Assembly: GCF_006345805.1 (NCBI RefSeq) | Contig: NC_042999.1 | Span: forward strand, 9,920,001 to 9,984,000 | Direction of reading: 5' to 3' | Source of the DNA: Octopus sinensis | Lineage: Eukaryota | DNA: 64,000 bases | In this document: one piece after another, positions 39,735 through 53,234 of the stretch | Numbering within the stretch: position 1 is the stretch's first letter | Layout of the letters: each line of letters opens with the position of its first letter | Translations under genes and position numbers: made by a program | The notes under the pieces: generated by a model | Told to the model about the DNA's origin: nothing | Database searches by the model: none | What the model saw: only the letters and a program-made list of their open reading frames with translations

Positions 39735-40410
39735 AGCCGAGTGGATTTGGTAGACGGAAACTGAAAGAAGCCCGTCCTATGTTAATATCTATGTGTGTTT
39801 ATCCCCACCGGTGTTGGTGGGTTTACATCCCCGTTGTTGGCAGTTCGGCAAAAGTGACTGATAGAATAAGTACATGGCTTTTAAAAAAAAATGAAAAATC
39901 CTGGGGTTGGTTTGTTTGACTAAAACCCTTCAAGGCGATGCCCCAGCATGGCCGAAGTCAAATGACTGAATCAAGTAAAAGATAAATATTATTATCACAT
40001 TATATTGATAGAGGAGGGAATGAGTCGATTATATCGACCCCAGTACACAACTGGTACTTATTTTATCGACCCTGAAAGGATGAAAGGCAAAGACAACCTC
40101 GGTGGAATTTTAAACTCAGAACGTGAAGACGGACGAAATACCAGTAGGCATTTTGTTCGGCGCGCCAACGATTCTGCTAGCTCGCCACTTTAATATTATT
40201 AAATAATAAATAAGGCGACGAGCTGGCAGAATCATTAACGCGCTTAACTGCATTTCGTCCGTCTTTAGGTTCTAAGTTCAAATTCTGCCGAGGTCGACTT
40301 CACCTTTTCAACCCTTCAGGGACAATAAGAAAATACCAGTTGTGCACAAGGGTCGATGTAATCAATTTACCCCCTCTTCGAACTTGCTGGTCCTGTGCTA
40401 ATATTTAAAC
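39735..40410. mobile_element. SINE cluster: family A fragment (+), then family B copies head-to-head (- 40015-40190, + 40213-40410)
   Basis: Consensus matches. Confidence 0.8.
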
Positions 40411-40480
40411 AACATTTTATTATTAGGTAATTTTATTTCACCCTTTCAAAAATGCTAGATAGATAGATAGATAGATAGAT

Positions 40481-41380
40481 GTTTCTTTATTAGCCACACA
40501 GGGCTGCACACAGACGGGACAGATTACAAAGTAGAGCTTTTCTTTTTTGGGGAGAGAAAAAAAAAGTGGGGTAGGTTTTCGATCGAAAGGGATCATAAAA
40601 GGGAAAGAAGGGAAAAAAAGAAAAAAAAGAAAAAAACGATCAATAGGGATCGTGTATCACAGTGTCATGATGTAAAGTGTAAAGGAGGAAGCAGATAAGG
40701 TTTATCCGTGGGAAGAAAAGCCTACGGAAAAGACCACGGAAACCTCGGTCAATAATGTTACATGTTACCACATTTGTTTGCAAGTAGGTAACACTCTGTT
40801 TTAAATTTTTCGGGTTCATAGGATTATCCTCAAGGTGGCTTCGTCATTCATACGTGCCATCCTTGCTACATTCACCCATCTTTTTTTTTAAACATTCGCT
40901 AGACAAAACTTACCTCTCTACTCTTACTTTCCTTTTCAAGTGGTACTTGAAGAAGTTGATGGGAGATTGACCAGAGAGGAAAGTGTTTGTCTCCAATCCT
41001 TTCAGACGCGTCCACCAGATACATTCTTTCGCTATAGCCACAAGTATGATGAAAATAGCTCTTCCTTCCCGTTTGAAGGAAGGAGGCGTGACGATATTAA
41101 CGATAGACTCGGCTGATAAACAGACACGTCCTACACGTGACAGCAGTCGTTCGACATAAGCCCACAGGTCGGAAATTGTGTGCAGAACAGTTTCGTCGCT
41201 CTGACCGCATCTCGGGCAGGTCGGCCCCGTGTTTCTCGAACCATGTCTATAGAGCTTATCCCGAACGTGTAGCGCTTCTCGATAGCACTTCCAGGCCAGG
41301 GATCTCTGGAAGTTGTCCATAAGTCCCGGCCCTAAAGTCGTCTTGAACAGGTGGGTCAGGTATTCCTCGTCGACGCCCAG
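40481..41380 (-). mobile_element. Tx1/L1-clade LINE 3' fragment flanked by (GATA)n
   Basis: MDNFQRSLAWKCYREAL..CPRCGQSDETVLH..WWTRLKGLE. The 3' end GGCTAATAAAGAAAC abuts (TCTA)n and the 5' end abuts (GATA)n. Confidence 0.85.
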
Positions 41381-41425
<45 letters not shown>

Positions 41426-41434
41426 GTAGATAGG

Positions 41435-41514
<80 letters not shown>

Positions 41515-41949
41515 CGGTACTTCTGATTAGATAGAAAGTTTCTTAAAGTTTATTAGAGAAAACCAATTATTTATTCTTAAGTTTTCTTGAAAGAAATTTA
41601 AGCAAAGGAGGTTTATCATTTTCTTCGCATTTTAAAATAAAGTTCCTTCAATTAAATGGATTTTTTCTGTTTTTTCTTTTTTTTTTTTTTTTGTCTACTT
41701 TCAAAAGCGGTACCATAATGTCTTTAACGATCGTGTGGAAGAAATCAGCAAGACTACGGTGGTGCTCCAGCATGACCGCAGCTGCATGGCAGAAACGACT
41801 AAAAGAGTAAAAGAAATATGTGTATGACTGTACATACGTACGTACATGCGTACGTATGCACATAGGTGCAATACTTACGTGCATACATGCAGAGGAAAAC
41901 GGGGAAATTGCAAGCCAAGACAAAATTTATGCTACGGACGGACAGGTTT

Positions 41950-42104
41950 CACTATCATTACAATTATCATCATCATCATAATCATCATCATCATCACCAT
42001 CATCATCATCACCATTATCGTCATCATCATCATCACCATTATCGTCGTCATCATCATCATCATCATCATCATCATCACCATCATCATCATCACCATTATC
42101 GTCG

Positions 42105-42143
<39 letters not shown>

Positions 42144-42330
42144 CCATCATCATCATCACCATTATCGTCGTCATCATCATCATCAGCAGCAGCCGTCCAA
42201 GAATTTGGACCTGGAGATCTCCATTTCCAGCGACTTCGAGGGCCACCTCCTCCCAGTGGTGTTGGGCGTCAACGAAGAGCCCTTGACTACAACAAGACGA
42301 CCAAAGTTGTTTTTTTTCCAAGGTCTGGGG
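41950..42330 (-). mobile_element. Possible RTE-like 3' tip with long (GAT)n tail
   Basis: Minus strand DAQHHWEEVAL.. followed by (GAT)n at 41950-42185. Short match only. Confidence 0.35.
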
Positions 42331-43269
42331 TCTCCTGCCCCTAAGCCCTAGACCATCACCTAATCACCCTCACCCGTCTTGTTGCTTAACAACAACAACA
42401 ACAACAACAACAGCAGCAGTGCCGACATTACTATCGCCGTCATCGTCGCCATCGTCGTCGTCATCTTCCTCCTCCTCCTCCTCATCATCATCATCATCAC
42501 CAGTAGCAGCATCAGCATCATCTCCTCCATCCTCTCCGTCGTCCTTTATATAATTATGCATATTTTTTTGTTATTTCGTTCGATTTTTATGCGAACCTCC
42601 ACATTTAATGTCACTTGCCCTTTACACCGGACAAAACGCTTAGCAACATTTCGTCCGTCTTTACGCTCTGAGTTCAAAATCTTTCGGCAGAGGTCGATGA
42701 CATCAACTAACCCCAAAAAATTTTCAGGCCTTATTAGGATTAAATTTACCGAATCTAAGCGCCCCACCCCCGATTGCTTATTATTATTATTATTATTATT
42801 TTAAAGTCTATATAACCCTTTATAAACACTGCCACCGCCACCAGTGCCACCCCCACCCCCACCATCCTACCTTCAAACTCCCCCACCCCCTTAACTTCCT
42901 TCTTGTATGTTTCCTTTTCCGCATTAAGTCACCCCCTGATCGTCCGGCGGCAGCAGCCGCAGCAGTGGGGCTGGTGGCGGTGGGAGTGGGACGCCCTAAT
43001 GTGTTGCTGCCGTGAAGGGGGGAGAGTATAGGTGTGCGTGTGTGTGTGTGTGACAGCAGGGGTGGGAGAGAGAGAGAGAGAGAGAATGAGAAGCAAATGA
43101 GGTACAGCGGAGCCCCTTATCCTTCTTCCTCCTCTTCCTCCTCCTTTTTCCACCCCTTTCTTTCTTTATCTCTTTCTCCCATTCCCCCCACACCGTCCCA
43201 CAAACGAGCGAAGTGTGGGAAAATGGTCCCCAACCGACTCCCACCATATTTCGTTTGTTTGTGTTTACG

Positions 43270-43410
43270 TTACTACAACAGCAACTGCTGCTACGGCTAC
43301 TGCTGCTACTACTGCTACTACTATCACCACCACAATAGACAACAACAACCACTGCTACTAATAACAACAACAACAACAATAATAACAATAATAACAACAA
43401 CAACAACAAC

Positions 43411-43445
<35 letters not shown>

Positions 43446-43542
43446 CAATAATAACAACAACAACAACAATAATAATAATAATAATAATAACAACAATAAT
43501 AACAATAATAATAACAATAATAATAACAACAACAACAACAAC

Positions 43543-43574
<32 letters not shown>

Positions 43575-43596
43575 CAATAATAACAACAACAACAAC

Positions 43597-43628
<32 letters not shown>

Positions 43629-43695
43629 CAATAATAACAATAATAATAACAACAACAACAACAACAACAACAACAATAATAATAGTAATAATAAT
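43270..43695. repeat. Compound (CTA/AAC/AAT)n microsatellite
   Basis: Direct reading. Confidence 0.95.
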
Positions 43696-43935
43696 GTACC
43701 CTGGATCAAGATACTCTTTACGTTTCATGGATGTAATGTTTCCCTCTGCTGCCCTTGTGGCAGAATCGTAAAGCACCCGACGACATACCTCACTGTTGAC
43801 CGCTGGGTCTCAACCAGAGTCCAGTGACCCTTAAGGGACCGACCAAGATTTTGTTGTTACGATTTATCTGCCACAAATCGGTTCCACTTCTACACAAAGT
43901 ATTTTAACGATTGTTTAATTACAATCCCTAATAAT

Positions 43936-44265
43936 AGGCGCAGGCGTGGCTTTGTGGTAAAAGGCTTGCTTCCCAACCACATGGTTGCGGGTTCAGTCCC
44001 ATATCGTGGTACCTTGGGCAAGTGTTTTCTGCTATAACCTCGGTCCGACCAAAGCCTTGTGAGTGGATTTGGTAGACAGAAACTGAAAGAAGGCCGCCGT
44101 GTGTATGTGTTTGTATCTGTTTGTCCTCACCACGCTCACTTGACAACCGATGTTGGTGTGTTTACGTCCCTCTAAAGAATAAGTCCAGGAGTCGATTTCT
44201 TCGACTGAAAAAAGGCGGTGCTCCAGTATGGCCGCAGTCAAATGACTGAATCAAATAAAAGAATA
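43936..44265 (+). mobile_element. SINE family A with internal deletion
   Basis: Consensus head and tail. Confidence 0.88.
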
Positions 44266-45073
44266 TTTGAAGTGCTGCAGAGGCCGACTTTGCCATTCAT
44301 CCTTTCGGGGGTCGATAAAATAAAGAACCAGTTGAGTACTGGGGGTCGAGGTAAATCGACTTACCCCCCTCCCCGAAATTGCTGGCCTTGTGCCAAAATT
44401 TGAATTCAATATTTAATTATAAAAGTATAATAGATTTTTTTTAATACATTAAATGATTATGAGGGTCCCCGGACTAAAATAGGGATCACAAGGGTCCACA
44501 GGTAAAAAATTGTTGAGAACCACTGATGCAGGTTATGTATCATTAGTTCCTGAGTTCGAAACCCGCTCAGATCAACCTTGCTTTTATCCCTCCAGGGTAG
44601 AAGATACAAACACCAATTGTTGATGTTGCTACTATTTTAACCGAAGTCTAACCCTGGCAGGGCAAAATTATCAACAAAGGCGTCTCAGATATGACCATCC
44701 CATTTTTTTTCTGATGCAGAATGTATCAAGGACTACATTACCCCGGTATGCCGAAAGAGTGAGATTTGAAGGAAATTTAGCTACTATTTCAAGCAATTGG
44801 AAGGACCACGTACGAGCTCCCTGACTGGCGTGGCCAGTGCATGGTGCGGCAGAAAATTGTTCCATATTTTACATGGCCATTGGTCTGGCATCAGTGAAGT
44901 TAGGCAGATTGTAGGAGAATATTTGTGTAACTAATGTTTTATTGTTTTCTATTTTAGTTACCATTGTGGTTTGAATTGATGCACATTAGGTGTTTGCTGT
45001 TACCAAGAATTGTGACGGTTGGAGGTCTTTGTTTTTTTGCCTCGTTCTGTATAATGTTAAGATATCTCTTCAT

Positions 45074-45461
45074 GGTGGAAGCACTCCGTCGGTTACGACG
45101 ACGAGGGTTCCGGTTGATCGGAATCAACAGAGCAGCCTGCTCGTGAAATTAACGTGTAAGTGGCTGAGCACTCCACAGACGCGTGTACCCTTAACGTAGT
45201 TCTCGGGGATATTCAGCGTGACACAGAGAGTGACAAGGCCGGCCCCTTGAAATACAGGTACAACAGAAACAGGAAGTAAAAGTGAGAGAAAGTTGTGGTG
45301 AAAGAGTACAGCAGGGATCACCACCATCCCCTGCCGGAGCCTCATGGAGCTTTTAGGTGTTTTCGCTCAATAAACACTCACAACGCCCGGTCTGGGAATC
45401 GAAACCGCGATCCTATGACCGCGAGTCCGCTGCCCTAACCACTGGGCCATTGCGCCTCCAC
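45074..45461 (-). mobile_element. SINE family C with 12-bp TSD
   Basis: Near-identical to 25563-25947. TSD ATATCTCTTCAT at 45062-45073 and 45462-45473. Confidence 0.92.
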
Positions 45462-45872
45462 ATATCTCTTCATATACACTCATACAAATACGCAGAATGC
45501 GGCAGAAGAACCTCCCATACTTCACATGGCCATTGCTATGGCAGATTTTTGCCTGCGCCCTGCATTTGTTGCTACTTAACCTCAGATCAGCCTTGATCGA
45601 GTAGAAAATATGATCAAAGGAATTCTTCCCGTGTTTTTGTTTTGCTATTATTTCTTATTCACAGGAAGTACAGGACACGGCATCCGATCTTTTCTTTTCT
45701 AAGATTATGTGGTGTGACTTGAGAGAGAGAGAGAGAGAGAGATCTGGCAACTGTTACTCGAGTGACGAAGTAGAGGCTTCCATATTGGTTTGTTATAGGG
45801 GCGCCATAGAACTTGTTATAACCAATTACTTGACAGATTGATTTTTTTTAAACAACATTTCAATAAAATAAA

Positions 45873-46121
45873 CTGTTGTGTCTGGGGAAAGTCATTTTCT
45901 TTTTGTGCCTTATTATGTAACAGACTCACCGGTAAAATTTCCACTTTTTTGCTTATTTTTATTTTCCTAAAATTTTCGTTGCGTCTTGCAACCTTTTCAG
46001 TCAAAACTATTGAAAAGGTTGCAAGACGCAACGAAAATAAGCAAAAAAAGGGGAAATTTTACCGGTGAGTGTGTTACATTATAAGGCACAAAAAGAAAAT
46101 GACTCTCCTCAGACACAACAG
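45873..46121. mobile_element. 249-bp foldback element with back-to-back hammerhead-like motifs
   Basis: Arms CTGTTGTGTCT..ACCGGTAAAATTTCC / GGAAATTTTACCGGT..AGACACAACAG. The inner hairpin gives (T/C)TGAAAA-GGTTGC(aagac)GCAAC-GAAA on both strands. Confidence 0.75.
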
Positions 46122-46554
46122 AATATGCTTCAACACACGAACTCATATAAAGAATCTTGCAAACCAAATCCAAAAACGAAAAATAAAATAAACGTTTTGT
46201 GAGATACCAGCGTAAAGCTGTTCATTTCATTTTGTTGAAGATTTGAGAAAATGTGTGATTGTTTCACTGATTCACAGACCTTAGATTTGTGGGAAGGAAT
46301 TTGAAAGGGAATGACAATCTTTTGACTGTCTTTATCTGCTGATCTACTTCGTTGCTCCGTTTTCATTTTCGAACAGAGTCTAAGACCAAATATTTTGGCA
46401 GAATAGAAGTAATACATATTTAAATTTTCCTGAGATTTTTAGGGAGGAATGACAAATTATGGATTGAAATTCTGTGATTGATTTCTCGACCAATATCTCC
46501 AGAAATTTGTTTAAACAAATATTCCAAGAACTTTTTCAACTGACTATTTAAATA

Positions 46555-47055
46555 GATTTCTTTATTACCCACAAGGGGCTAAACACACAGAGGGGACAAA
46601 CAAGGACAGACAAACGGATTAAGTCGATTACATCGATCCCAGTGCGTAACTGGTACTTAATTTATCGACCCCGAAAGGATGAAAGGCAAATTGGATTTTT
46701 CGCAAAATGCGAAAGTATTTAGTCTTCATAACAAACAACAAGAACTGAAAGACGCTTTTCAAACATTACAATATTTTTTTATGTTGATCTTTCTCGTCCA
46801 AATTACCTGGTTTCCTTATGTTTTAATACAGAATTATTACAGTATTTGAATTCCCCTCAGCCACTAACAAAAAAAATGAAGTGAATATTATTTCTTTACT
46901 GCCCATCGGGGTCTAAACATAGAGGGGACAAACAAGGACAGACAAACGGATTAAGTCGATTACATCGACCCCAGGGCGTAACTGGTCATTTATTTATCGA
47001 CCCCGAAAGGATGAAAGGCAAAGTCGACCTCGGCGGAATTTGAACTCAGAACGTA
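46555..47055 (-). mobile_element. Two SINE family B fragments (46555-46690, 46890-47055)
   Basis: Consensus matches. Confidence 0.85.
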
Positions 47056-47269
47056 GAAAATGGAGTGAATATTTGAGCAATATATATTCAAAAATATACG
47101 CTGATTAAAGCACGTGCAAATAAAGCAGTATGCAAATTAGAAGAACTATTATTTGTAGAAATTAACAAAATACAAAGACATTTACTAAACAAAGCAAAGT
47201 CACCAAACTCAGTTCGATTCCTGGTCAGAACAGAACTGAATTAGAGCAATATAACACCTTAAGAATTCT

Positions 47270-47825
47270 TTCAAAGATTCATTGAATCTTATTGTTCGTT
47301 TCTTGCATCTTGAGAGAGAGTTTATACTCCTGCTCCCAAAATATCAACCAAATAAGCAAGTCGTGTGATACATTCTCCGTTAATCAACCAGAAGAAAATA
47401 TCATCTTATTCTGAATTAACCCATCTCTAAACTCAAACCTCAGTTATATTTCCAGTTGAAAACCATCGAACATCGGTTTGGAGAAGAAGTAAAAGAAAGC
47501 CTACATCCAAATCGATAAATAACCACTTGAAAGCCATCAGTTGAGCGCTCTGCTTTTGACAAAATTCCCAATTTGGGTTGCTTCATTAGAAATTATCCCT
47601 GGAGCAGGTAGAAATTGCTGGCAACCAATGTCTTTCCCTTCCGCTGGTCGTTTATCACAGAAAAATGACTTCTAGATTCTATCCTCGCCAAAGATAGTGT
47701 TCCATCTGTACAGCTCCTGCAGACATTATCCCACAAAAGATTTTCTGGTTTCGCCGCAGATGAGACCGTTTCCAAATTAGCTAGGAACTTGTGAGTTGTT
47801 CCAAGAGGGAAACAACAGCAACTTG
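47270..47825 (-). pseudogene. Decayed hAT (Charlie/Buster-type) transposase fragment
   Basis: Frameshifted minus-strand translation NLLWDNVCRSCTDG..NFVKSRALN*WLFK..LLLQTDVRWFSTGN..ECITRLAYLVDI..YKLSLKMQ, matching Buster/ZBED8-type motifs. Confidence 0.75.
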
Positions 47826-48556
47826 TTTTCAAATGAAATTATTGCTTCAAAAATTTATCTTACAAACACGAGGAATTGGGGGAACGATTCCATACAATTC
47901 GATCCAAGAATTATAAAGAAATGAGCCAAATATTGCAGCATTGCTCCCCTACACAGCGGAATCTTTGATGTTGATAACCAACATTTTATCTCCATTTAAA
48001 CAAAACTGCTTCATAAAGAAAGAAATCCAGTTATTTTCTCCAATCCATTTCCAAGCAAATCTTCGGTCAGTTTCCTCAGTTGCATTCGACTGATTGATTT
48101 TTTTTTTGTTTTTTTTTCTTTTGTATCTTTAGTGTTGAAATGAGACGACTGGGCTTAGCTATTTAGGCGCTGATGATGTGCCTCGGCTGACAGAACATTC
48201 GGTCTGTTTCTGATGGCAGTACTTTTTGGCGCTGGATGCAAATACACACCCTGAAAGCAGAAATATACACATGGATAGAAAGGGTGTGTGTGAGAGAAAG
48301 GGTGGGAGAGAACGAAAGAACCATTAAAACTTCTAATATCAAATAAGTCAGCGTCAAAGCAGCGACGCCAAACGGACGGCATCGAAACGTTCCGTATCCT
48401 TCCTTTGCTACGACAAAACAAACATTGGTAACATTGTCGTGAATTTCTTCGAATGCTTCCCTGGAATCCAACCTTCTCTTATAAAGTTCAAAAACAAAGT
48501 AGTCATCCTTTTCCTCTTCTGTTAAAGATAAACTATTTTCTAAACATGTACACACG

Positions 48557-48618
<62 letters not shown>

Positions 48619-48789
48619 CACACACAACATACACAACATACCAGCACTCCACCCGGATTACCACTGAATCTACTGACTCTACCATCACGGATTTCACTGG
48701 ATTTTTTGTTTTTCGTTTATGTAAATCGTTCCAATCTACCACGACTTTTGAACTTTTTCTACTTTTATACTCCGTACGTTAATACTTTG

Positions 48790-49010
48790 CCATTCTCTCT
48801 CATTTTTCACTTTTTTTTTCTCCTTTGCTTCTTTTATAAGTTTCTTTTTTTTTATTCTCTGTTTATTTTCTTTTATTCTTTTCTGCTGAAGAGCGTAGGC
48901 TCGAAACGTAAAAGACTTTTTCTTTTTCCCGAGCGTCAAACTAAAACACTTGTTTCTCGTTCATAAACCTGTCTTCGTCTTTCGTTTTTCTATAAATTTC
49001 AACAATATAT
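48790..49010 (+). mobile_element. Family E mini-element with minimal hammerhead motif
   Basis: CTGCTGA-A-GAGC(gtag)GCTC-GAAA-CG-TA-AAAG at 48883-48914. T-rich upstream sequence; ends at a short TA run. Confidence 0.7.
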
Positions 49011-49621
49011 ATTATAGTTTTACAAGAAAGTGGGGACACTGACTTGGCAGTTTCGGCTTGCTAGCCTTCGTGTGACGAAGGCCGAATCTTCAAAGCCACC
49101 GCCGCCCTTTTGTTGCGATGGAAACAAAATCCGTGAATATTTCTTTAATGTTATTGGCTTCCTTTGATATAAATCTTTGCCATAAACAATAAAATCTATA
49201 AAACATCAAACAACGAATTAAAAGAAAACAATGATGTCATGCTGACGATTTCTAATAAGAATGAAATGGCGCTGATTATCTTTGACTAGAAATTTTAAGA
49301 TTTTTATAATGAAATAAGCAAAACAAAAATTAAATGCGTGCATTCTGTACATCTGTGTCCTTCAACTTTGAATTCAAATTTCTAATAATTGATCAAGAAA
49401 TGATAATCTTCCTTACAATAACTAAATCACACCACATGTTGGAATGCTCCTACAGATTGGACTTAATCTACAGATTATCTTTGTTTAATGAATATCAGCC
49501 TTCACTTCATCAGCAAGACCTTAACATTGCCACTACCCCACGGGGACTCCACCCTGGTTGAGAACACCTGCAATAAACCCTTTTGCCTACCACCTATCAT
49601 TCCACTCATATATGTGCGTGC

Positions 49622-49652
<31 letters not shown>

Positions 49653-50039
49653 GTGAGTGTGTGTGTATGTGTGTGTGTGCGTGTGTGTGTGTGTGTGTGC
49701 ATGTGTGTGTGTGTGTGTGCGTACATCCGATATCCCCTCCCTTCGTCTGTTTGATCGACACATGACAGACTCGCTTAACCATGAGGCAAAATAGTTTGGT
49801 CGTGTTTCACTATTGTCCTCCCAGCTCTTGTACCCCTGCTGTCGACCTAAGTAGTGGTGGTCACAGTAGGAGATGTCAGCTAAATAATGTACAGTCAGGG
49901 CTTACAATGCAGTAATTTATAACTCGGTCTCTGCAATTTCCACCGAGCAAATTTCACTCACAAGATATTGGTCAACAGGAGTGGAAGACTCTTGCCTAAG
50001 GCGGCCACAAAGGAGTAATGTATAAGTGTATATATTGTA

Positions 50040-50611
50040 AGTATGTAAATATGTATGTATGTATGTATGTATGCATGCATGTATGTATGTATGTATGTAT
50101 GTATGTATGTATGCATGTATGTATGTATGTATATATGTATGCATGTATGTATGTATGTATATATGTATGCATGTATGTATATATGTATGCATGTATGTAT
50201 GTATGTATATATGTATGCATGTATGTATATATGTATGTATGTATGTATGTATGCATGTATGTATGTATGTATGTATGTATGCATGTATGTATGTATGTAT
50301 GTATGTATGCATGTATGTATGTATGTATGTTGTCTGTATGTATGTATGTATGTATGTATGTATGCTGTATGTTTATGCATGTATGTATGTATGTATGTAT
50401 TATGTATGTATGTATGTATGTATGTATGTATGTATGTATTAATGTATTATGTATGTATGCATTATGTATGTATGTATGTATGTATGTATGTATGCATGTA
50501 AATATGTATGTATGTATGTATGTATGTATGCATGTATGTATGTATGCATGTATGTATGCATGTATATATTGTAAGTATGTAAATATGTATGTATGTATGT
50601 GTGTGTGTGTG

Positions 50612-50653
<42 letters not shown>

Positions 50654-50655
50654 TA
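50040..50655. repeat. (ATGT)n array followed by (GT)n and (GATA)n
   Basis: Direct reading. Confidence 0.95.
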
Positions 50656-51317
50656 CATGCAAACACGTGTTCGTAGATACATGATTAAATACGTATTAAA
50701 AAGTTTAATGTAAAGCAACCATTAAGTGTGTATACACAGCCACAAAATATGGCTATATTATGTGTTTTGTATGTGTTTATGTACATATATATATATATAT
50801 ATATATACATACATACACACACACAGATACACACATTAGCACGCGCGAGCGCGTATGCATGTCCGTGTGTGTATGGGGTTGTGTTCGTGTGTGTTGCCTG
50901 TAATTTATTCATTAAACAAACCGATGTATTTCACACCAATTGCATGTACGTGCGTTTGGATATATTTTATTAGCACACGTATAAAAGTGCGCGAGTGCGT
51001 TGCGTGTATGTGTATGTGTGTGCGTGTGCGCGTGTGTGTGTGTGTGTCTTTGTATGTATGTATGTATATACATATGTGTATATATTTATTTATAATCATT
51101 TACATGTATATATTATATTAGCACACGTATAAAAGTGTGAGTGTGTGTGTGTGTGTGTTTGTGTGTGTCTGTCTGTATGTATGTATGTATATGTGTGTAT
51201 ATATTTATTTATATTTATTTACATGTTTGTATGTATGTATGTATGTATAGATAGATAGACAGACAGATATACATACAGACAGGCAGGCAGGCAGGCAGGC
51301 AGACAGACAGACAGACA

Positions 51318-51349
<32 letters not shown>

Positions 51350-51368
51350 AACAGACAGACAGACAGAC

Positions 51369-51436
<68 letters not shown>

Positions 51437-51679
51437 TCTCCACGTGTGGTACGAAAGCTTACATGTATACGCATGTATATACTTACATGCATGTGACAGA
51501 GTGCGAATATCTATTCCTCCTCTCTATGTACAAGCAATGAAATGAATATGTTAACATATAACATGGAGGGGTGGTGTGGATTATCAAGCGCTTCGTCCAT
51601 TTTCGTTCGTTTATTATGATCATTATTATTGTTGTTGTTGTTGTTTTTTTTTTATTCCAGCACCACCCCTCCTCCCTCT

Positions 51680-51900
51680 CACTCCAATGTCTTACCTTCA
51701 GTTCGCATTGTGACGTCATGCCTAAGCTCTCTTCCAGATTGGCCTCTGCCCCCCCCCGTCCCCCCGTCCCCCCGTCCCCCGTCCCCCTCTCCCAGCTGGT
51801 TCTCACCAATCGACCTTTCTCTCTGTTGCTGCCACACTTGTACACACGTGTCCGACGTTCCTCTTGTCATTTCGCCGCGGTCAATCGGGGAACAAAGACA
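51680..51900. promoter_or_regulatory. Candidate promoter or enhancer motif cluster
   Basis: CCAAT 51684-88, CRE TGACGTCA 51711-18, ATTGG 51738-42, (CCCCGT)n C-rich run, CCAAT 51806-10, E-box CACGTG 51845-50. Confidence 0.45.
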
Positions 51901-51988
51901 GAAGCTAAATCACAACTCAAACAACAAACACCTTCAACAGACCTAAAACAAAATGAAGACATACATCAGTGTGTTGTGTGTGTGTGTG

Positions 51989-52058
<70 letters not shown>

Positions 52059-52085
52059 TGCCTATTATATATCGCATATTTTATA

Positions 52086-52320
52086 CAGAGTGGGCCAAAA
52101 GTTACACACGAAATAAGTTCTCTAAGGTCCGGAATTGTCAAAGACATGCTTTAATTTTTCCAAATTTGAATAAAATTAATAAAATAATGATGGATACACA
52201 GGTAGAGAAAGTTTGCCTGTTAGGGACGGGAAGGATTATCAGGTGAGTTCTAAGCATTTGAAAGACTTGGAAGCTGGGGGATACCGAAGGTTACAGGTAG
52301 TAACAAGTTACCCACATAAA
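52086..52320. mobile_element. Possible Tc1-type MITE remnant
   Basis: TA|CAGAGTGGGCCAAAAGTTAC left end. Only a degenerate right end (GTAAC..CCCAC) is visible. Confidence 0.3.
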
Positions 52321-52369
52321 TCCTACCAGGAATAAGACCGAACCTGAGTCAAATCAATAATAATAATAA

Positions 52370-52587
52370 TAAGCCTTTCTCTTATAGACATAAATCCTGA
52401 AATTTGGGGCAGCGGGATAGTCCATTACATCGACCCCAGTACGCAACTGGTACTTAATTTATCGACCCCAAAAGGATGAAAGGCAAAGTCGACCTCGGCG
52501 GAATGTGAACTCAGAACGTAACGACGGGCAAAATACCGCTAAGCATTTCGTCCAGCATGCTAACAATTCTACCAGCTCACCACCTTC
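52370..52587 (-). mobile_element. SINE family B variant
   Basis: Reverse-complement match. Confidence 0.85.
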
Positions 52588-52639
52588 ATAATAATAATAA
52601 TAATAATAATAATAATATAATAATAATAATAATAAATCA

Positions 52640-53234
52640 AAACCGCTGACAAATGGTATAAACATCATCCTGAAGCTGTGACTGAGGGAGAAAATGTGTC
52701 GATTCTATGGGACTTCCCCGTCCAGACCGACAGGACTATAAAAGCTAATAAACCGGATATCATTATAAAAGATCAGACAAAAAAGATGTGTTTATTAATT
52801 GACATGAGCATTCCCTGTGATCACAATATAGCGACAAAAGAATTTGACAAGATTAGTAGATATAAAGACCTGCTAATAGAAATTGAAAAAATGTGGCATC
52901 TCAAGGCGACTACAGTACCAGTGATTATAGGATCTCTAGGAATGATAAAAAAAAGGTACTGAAACCTATTTGAAAATGATTCCAGGCTTACCATCCCTAC
53001 AGGAAGTGCAAAAAATCGTATTAACTGGAACGGCTCATGTACTGAGAAGAGCATTATCGCTGTGAAAATAACATCCGTCCATGAATTTATTTATTTATTA
53101 ATTTTTAAATACATATTTTATCTGTGAATTTGCGTGTGTAATCTGGGAATGCATACAATGCCCTTCTCTGCCCTAGGTGTATGGAAAACACTCGGCGAGA
53201 AACGGAAGAAAATTTGAAGAAAGAAGGAAAAAAC

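Noticed and set aside
48165-48210. CTGATGA-TGT..ACA-GAA-C..GTC string
   Set aside because: One A of GAAA is missing, the loop is only 2 nt and helix I is weak, so it is compatible with chance.
49240-49280. CTGACGA-TTTC..GAAT-GAAA string
   Set aside because: No helix III, cleavage triplet or helix I.
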